From a virus (taxonomy: Duplodnaviria; Caudoviricetes), in the IMG/VR virus record IMGVR_UViG_3300015264_000006, positions 1 to 56,439 of that record: 56,439 nucleotides of DNA, one strand, 5' to 3'. Below the pieces are notes generated by a model, which was not told where the DNA came from, made no database searches, and was given only the letters and a program-made list of their open reading frames with translations. The position numbers and the translations under genes are program-made. Of the stretch, positions 52,022 through 56,439 are shown in pieces. How positions within the stretch are numbered: the stretch's first letter is position 1; every line of letters starts with the position of its first letter.

Positions 52022-53379
52022 CGGGCACCGTCCTCAAGGTCGAACATGCCGGGCTGCATCGGCCTGCGCATCCGGGTCATGATCAGGCCGGCGTAGGCCG
52101 GGTCACGCTCGATCAGGATGCAGCGGCGCCGCTCGACCACGGCGGCCTCAGCGGTGGTGCCGCTCCCGGCGAACGGGTCGAGGACGGTCCCGCCGGGCGG
52201 GGTGACGAGCCGGATGAGCCACGCCATGAGGCTGACGGGCTTGACGGTGGGGTGCGCGGTTCCGTCGCCGCCGCGCGGGCGCTCGCTGCTGGCGGCCTTG
52301 GCCTCGTAGCGGAACACCGGGAAGAACCGGGACGCGCCGCCGGAGTCGTCACGGGAGATGCATTCGTAATCCCTCGGCAGGCCCTCGCCGCTGGCGTAGA
52401 TTCCGTTGCCGCTGGCGCGGCCCGCGCCGCCTGTCCTGCTCGGCTTCGCCGCGCGGGTGCCCGAACGCTGCCGGTCAAGCTCAGCGGCGGCGTCAGGGCC
52501 GAGCAGGACGTTCGGCGGCCAGCGGCCGGCGGCGTGCGCCTCGGATTGCTCGCGGGGCTCTCCCGTGCCGTTCATGATTCCGCCGGCACTTTTGCGAGGC
52601 GAGCCAAATGGCGTCGGCTTAGGTCCGGCGACCCGGCACCCGTCGATGTTGAGCGCGCCCGTGCCGTGCTCCTGCACGTTGCCGGCCACCGTCCCGGCCA
52701 GGGGCTTGCGGGCGACGATGACGGGCTCGTGGGCGGGCTTGAGCGCCGTGCCCCAGCCCTCCCAGCGGGCCGCGTCATCGGTGGCGGGGGCGGTGATGGC
52801 TGAGGCGTCGTACTCGCCGCTGTGATCGCCGGCGAAGAACTTGACCGGCCATGCCTGCGTGGGCGTCGCAGCCCTGTCGGTTCGCCGTCCGATGACCTCG
52901 CGCTCTGCCCCGGCTGCCTTGTCGATGGCCTTGGACACGTCCAGGGACTTCGGGAACCCCGACCCGTAAATCCAGTGCATGCTGTCGCGGACCTCGAACC
53001 CGGCATCCTCAATGCCGCACGCCAGCCGGTGATAGGTCCGCGTCCCGCCGAACGCCAGCAGGTGGCCGCCCGGCTTGAGGACGCGCAGGCACTCGGCCGC
53101 CCACGCCTCGCACCAGGACTGGAACGGCTGCCCGGCGATGTAGGACTCCGGCGTGGTCACGACCGACGCGCCCACGGCCGGGTTGGTGCGGGCATCGGCC
53201 CGGGTCCGCAGGCGAGCACCTGACGGCTTGAAGCTGTCCCACTCGCGGCCCATGAACTCCAGGCCGTACGGCGGGTCAGTGACTACGGCATCGACCGAGG
53301 CGCCGGGCATCTCGGCTAGCACCTCCATGCAGTCGCCCAGGTACAGGCTGACGTCGCCGTCCGACCAGTAGGGGGTCAC
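52018..53379 (-). CDS. DNA amino-methyltransferase (N6-A/N4-C, beta class)
   Basis: TDPPY, HPTVKP and LDPFAGSGTT; DPPY precedes FxGxG. Confidence 0.92.
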   Translation of the reverse strand: MTPYWSDGDVSLYLGDCMEVLAEMPGASVDAVVTDPPYGLEFMGREWDSFKPSGARLRTRADARTNPAVGASVVTTPESYIAGQPFQSWCEAWAAECLRVLKPGGHLLAFGGTRTYHRLACGIEDAGFEVRDSMHWIYGSGFPKSLDVSKAIDKAAGAEREVIGRRTDRAATPTQAWPVKFFAGDHSGEYDASAITAPATDDAARWEGWGTALKPAHEPVIVARKPLAGTVAGNVQEHGTGALNIDGCRVAGPKPTPFGSPRKSAGGIMNGTGEPREQSEAHAAGRWPPNVLLGPDAAAELDRQRSGTRAAKPSRTGGAGRASGNGIYASGEGLPRDYECISRDDSGGASRFFPVFRYEAKAASSERPRGGDGTAHPTVKPVSLMAWLIRLVTPPGGTVLDPFAGSGTTAEAAVVERRRCILIERDPAYAGLIMTRMRRPMQPGMFDLEDGAR

Positions 53380-53458
53380 CGGGCACCTGCCAGGGCCAGG
53401 GCGGCCAGCACCAGCAGGACAGCCCATGGGCCCGGGCGGCTCAGGGGGTCCGGGCCGG

Positions 53459-53662
53459 TCACCGGGCACGCACCAGGATGCCGCCGTCGCCGCGGGCCTC
53501 GACCGTCAGCCACGGGCAGGGCTGCGGCCGTAGCTCGCCGGGCGTGATCTCAGCCTCGCCGCCGTAGCGGCGCAGCAGCGCGTGGATGAGCGACGGGCCG
53601 TCCGGGATGACGCGCAGGACGAAGCAGCGCTGGCCGCAGAAGCGGCAGTAAGGGCCAGCCAT
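53459..53662 (-). CDS. Hypothetical protein
   Basis: GGAGG RBS; CRFC. Confidence 0.5.
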   Translation of the reverse strand: MAGPYCRFCGQRCFVLRVIPDGPSLIHALLRRYGGEAEITPGELRPQPCPWLTVEARGDGGILVRAR

Positions 53663-53663
53663 G

Positions 53664-53906
53664 TCAGGCCACCTCCGGCAGCAGCGCGGTCATGACCGCG
53701 GTGGCGGCCGGGGAAGTGACCGCCACCACGGCAGCGGGCGCACCGCCGGCGGCGATGCCGGTGAGCGCCCCGGTGCACGCCGCGCACTCGCGGGCGTGGG
53801 CCAGCGCGGCCCCGGAGTCCAGGCGGCGGCCCTGCCCGCCGCACAGGTACCGCAAGTAGAGCCACGCGTCGGGGCCGAGGTAACCCAGCGTGATCCCGTC
53901 AGCCAT
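53664..53906 (-). CDS. Hypothetical protein
   Basis: GAGG RBS; HARECAAC. Confidence 0.55.
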   Translation of the reverse strand: MADGITLGYLGPDAWLYLRYLCGGQGRRLDSGAALAHARECAACTGALTGIAAGGAPAAVVAVTSPAATAVMTALLPEVA

Positions 53907-54321
53907 GAGCCACCTCGCGCGGCGCAAGAACCGGCTGGCAATCCCAGGTGACGACATCGACGGTCTCGGTGACCTTCTCCACCACGGCCGGGGTGATGAC
54001 CTTCTCCACCTCGCGTTCCTCGGTGCCGGTCACCACGCGGGTGCACACGGCGTCGCGCTCGGCGACCAGCTCGACCTTGAGTCCGGCCAGCTTGCCGGCC
54101 ATCCGCATGAAGCTCTCGCTGACGGTCTTGTCCCATGACGGGCACGGGAGCGCGCGGGCGGTAGCCGCCAGCCGGCCGCGGGCGTCATCGCCCCAGAAGG
54201 TGAAGCCCAGGGGAAGGGTCAAGCCGTCGGAAGGCAGCTGGATCTCCTCGTGCTCCTCCAGCGCGCCGGCGAGCTGGAGGAGGCCCTCGATGTACGCGGC
54301 GCGGGTGTCGTCGGCGGTCAT
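53899..54321 (-). CDS. Conserved actinophage hypothetical protein
   Basis: RDAVCTRVVTGTE...V.WDC.P.L. Confidence 0.8.
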   Translation of the reverse strand: MTADDTRAAYIEGLLQLAGALEEHEEIQLPSDGLTLPLGFTFWGDDARGRLAATARALPCPSWDKTVSESFMRMAGKLAGLKVELVAERDAVCTRVVTGTEEREVEKVITPAVVEKVTETVDVVTWDCQPVLAPREVAHG

Positions 54322-54995
54322 GACGTCGCTCCGGCCTGCTCATCGACCGCGGCCAGGACCGCGCGGAGCTGGTGGCTGAGCAGCGCCTGCGCGGCGAGGA
54401 ACCGGGCCGAGTCGTAGCTGCTGAGCCGGGACATGGCGGCCAGCTCGTCGTAGGCGGCCAGCGCCGCGCGGGCCTCCGTGACGGCGGGGGCGGTGCGCAG
54501 CCGCGAGCCGATGTACAGCCGCCAGCACGGCGGCCAGTGCGTCGGCTCGGTGCCGGTGCCCCCGCAGTCCGGGCAGGTGTACGTGGGGACGCGGCGGGCC
54601 TCGGCCAGGTTCGCGCGGCCGTCGGTCTCGGTGCCGTCCAGCTCCGTGGCGTAGCCGGGGCAGCAGTCGGTGCTGAGCTCGCGGTTGACCGGGGCCGGGT
54701 CCTGCGCAGCGACGCGGGAGTCCGGGCCGGCTCCCGGCGGGGCGGCCCCGGGGTCCTGCGGCCAGGTGTACCTGCGCATCTCCTCGTCGTCGCGGGCGCC
54801 GCCGTAGGGGACGTGGTCCCCGGCGTGGCCCCGGGCGGCCAGGCAGGTGAGGCGGCCGCCCGCGGTCGCCCTCTCGGCAGCACAGTCCGGCTCATTGCCG
54901 GCTGCGCGGGGCGCCAGCGGGGCGGGGGCCTGGGTGCGGTCGCGGGCACGGCCGAGGTGGCCGGCGGGGGGCGGGGGGGTGTCTGGCTTGTCCAT
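54318..54995 (-). CDS. Hypothetical protein
   Basis: AGGA RBS; CPDCGGTG; coupled to the next gene. Confidence 0.6.
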   Translation of the reverse strand: MDKPDTPPPPAGHLGRARDRTQAPAPLAPRAAGNEPDCAAERATAGGRLTCLAARGHAGDHVPYGGARDDEEMRRYTWPQDPGAAPPGAGPDSRVAAQDPAPVNRELSTDCCPGYATELDGTETDGRANLAEARRVPTYTCPDCGGTGTEPTHWPPCWRLYIGSRLRTAPAVTEARAALAAYDELAAMSRLSSYDSARFLAAQALLSHQLRAVLAAVDEQAGATS

Positions 54996-55078
54996 TCCGG
55001 GTTCCTGGTGTCATAGTTGGGGCGGGTTACTTGGTTGCGGAGGCGTCTCGCCGGGGTCGGCGGGGCGCTTTCCGCATG

Positions 55079-55561
55079 TCAGGGGGCGGCGGCGGCGCCG
55101 TCTTCGAGGTCACCGAGGACGTCGGCGGTGGTCAGGTCGCCGGTCAGGAGCGGCCGGACCTTGCCGTAGGCGCCGTCGAACGCGGCCAGGTCGGCTTCCG
55201 CCGCGTCGATCGCGCCCTGCGCCCGGGTGTGGAGCATGTTGTAAGCCATGTCCCAGTCGTGGCCGTCCATCAGGGCGACCGGCCGCAGGACGCCGGGCCG
55301 GACGTACAGGCGGGCGGGCAGGTCGGGGAACAGCTCGGACTGGCCGGCGGCGGGGAAGCCGGCGGCGCGGCGGGCGCGGTGCCAGGCGTCGAGCTGGCGG
55401 GCGGCGAACTCGGCGGTGATCGCGAGCCGGAACGCTGTGTCGGCGCTGCGGATGATCGCGTCGCGGAGCATGGTGACGGCCTCGGCGCGGGTGATGGACC
55501 GCTCCGCGTTCTGCGCGCCGATGGTGTCGAGCTCGCGGGCGAGCCAGTCGGGCAGGCTCAT
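55079..55561 (-). CDS. Hypothetical protein
   Basis: GGAGG RBS; helical composition. Confidence 0.75.
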   Translation of the reverse strand: MSLPDWLARELDTIGAQNAERSITRAEAVTMLRDAIIRSADTAFRLAITAEFAARQLDAWHRARRAAGFPAAGQSELFPDLPARLYVRPGVLRPVALMDGHDWDMAYNMLHTRAQGAIDAAEADLAAFDGAYGKVRPLLTGDLTTADVLGDLEDGAAAAP

Positions 55562-55821
55562 GCGTTCCTCCGGATGGGCGTGACGGTGGCGCTGTCACAT
55601 CCGTTGTCACATCCGTGACCCCTGGGGGTCACTTCCGTGACAGGCAGGTGTGACACCTTGGCCTGCTGGGCGTCCCACGCGGCGAGGTCCCGGCGGACGG
55701 TCTCGTAGGACGCGTGGATGCGCGCGCCGATCTGCCGGAGCGACAGGCCCTCAGCGCGCAGGGCGGCTGCCTGCTCCCGGCGGCTGCGCCGGTACGTCGG
55801 CCGCGGCTTGTAAGTCCTCAC
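55558..55821 (-). CDS. HTH DNA-binding protein
   Basis: LRAEGLSLRQIGARIHASYETVRRDL. Confidence 0.85.
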   Translation of the reverse strand: MRTYKPRPTYRRSRREQAAALRAEGLSLRQIGARIHASYETVRRDLAAWDAQQAKVSHLPVTEVTPRGHGCDNGCDSATVTPIRRNA

Positions 55822-56021
55822 GCCGACTTCGCCTCGGCCCTGGACTCGGCCAGCCGGGCGACGTCGGCGCGGTCGAAGACGTACGCACCATTCGGGCCGG
55901 GCATCTTGTGCTTGGCCGTCAGCTCGCCCCTGGCAACCATCCGGATGAAGGAGTCCCGGCTGGTGATGCCCAGGACTTCCATCGCCTCGGTGGTGCCGAT
56001 GAGTTCGTCTGCGTTCGTCAT
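55818..56021 (-). CDS. Cro/excisionase-like HTH protein, first gene of the lytic operon
   Basis: LIGTTEA.EVLG...G.L....K.PG.NGAYVFDR.DV; divergent from the repressor. Confidence 0.8.
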   Translation of the reverse strand: MTNADELIGTTEAMEVLGITSRDSFIRMVARGELTAKHKMPGPNGAYVFDRADVARLAESRAEAKSA

Positions 56022-56030
56022 GTTCGCGAG

Positions 56031-56130
56031 CATCGCATATTTTGCGATGGTCGGCAAGTTGTGTATCGCGGGTAGTTTTCCGCTAGGCGTAAGTTGCGAT
56101 ACTCATCTCAGATGTGCGATGCTCATCGCA
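56031..56130. promoter_or_regulatory. Divergent promoter/operator region of the genetic switch
   Basis: CATCGCA-N5-TGCGATG at 56031-56049, with further TGCGAT/ATCGC half-sites near 56065, 56095, 56115 and 56124. Confidence 0.65.
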
Positions 56131-56439
56131 TGAGCGAGCAACCAGCCTTCTCCGCTGGCATCCCCGAGTGGGATGTCGCTGACCGCATGCGCAAGGCCCT
56201 CCGGTACGCCGGAGTGATGCCTGGCCAGATGGCCGCCTATCTCGAAGTCGGCAATAACACGGTCAGCACCTGGATCAACGGCCGAATCACCCCCACACCA
56301 CAGACCATCCGGCTCTTCGCCATGCGCTGCGGAGTCGCCTACGAATGGCTCCGGTTCGGCGCACCGGAGTTCGAGCCCCGTCCCCCCGACCCCGGCATAT
56401 CCGCAGTTCAGCAGGAGTATGAGGAGATGTGTCGCAGCA
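56130..56439 (+). CDS. Immunity repressor, XRE-HTH, 123 aa once circularised (not in ORF track)
   Basis: DRMRKALRYAGV...MAAYLEVGNNTVSTWING...GVAYEWL..G; continues to 139. Confidence 0.88.
   Translation, partial: MSEQPAFSAGIPEWDVADRMRKALRYAGVMPGQMAAYLEVGNNTVSTWINGRITPTPQTIRLFAMRCGVAYEWLRFGAPEFEPRPPDPGISAVQQEYEEMCRS
56363..56439. repeat. Terminal direct repeat, right copy
   Basis: Identical to 1-77. Confidence 0.97.

Noticed and set aside
56363-56439. 77-bp terminal repeat as attL/attR or a physical terminal repeat
   Set aside because: The length equals a common assembler k-mer, there is no flanking host DNA and an ORF reads through it; best explained as circular overlap.

Overview
The window is a complete, circularly assembled temperate siphovirus genome of a high-GC actinobacterium: bases 1-77 are identical to 56363-56439, giving a 56362 bp circle. 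The immunity region spans the junction: a Cro-like gene (-), a divergent HTH repressor (+, 56130 through the junction to 139, missed by the ORF track) and a short tyrosine integrase. This layout matches BPs/Brujita-type integration-dependent immunity. The leftward early operon (about 56000 to 34800) encodes two DNA methyltransferase-type genes, RecE/RecT-like recombination proteins, HNH and EndoVII nucleases, RusA, a replication initiator with 12-bp iterons and a displaced GH25 muramidase. The leftward late operon (about 34500 to 3900) runs HNH, terminase, portal, protease, HK97-fold capsid, glycosyltransferase-FkbM fusion, neck and tail genes, tape measure, holin, papain-like peptidase and an initiator-like tRNA-Met. 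The most unusual features are: (1) several inserted genes flanked by a duplicated, often synonymously recoded copy of a neighbouring gene's start or end; (2) a sharply bounded AT-rich patch inside the portal gene that keeps the reading frame; (3) five antisense cassettes in the late operon, four with their own ribbon-helix-helix regulator; (4) a candidate virion glycosylation/methylation module next to twin peptides, a Thr/Ser-rich duplicated-domain protein and an Arg/Pro-rich repeat protein; (5) a tRNA-Arg-like RNA with a broken anticodon arm. All family calls come from motif recognition by eye; no searches were run.
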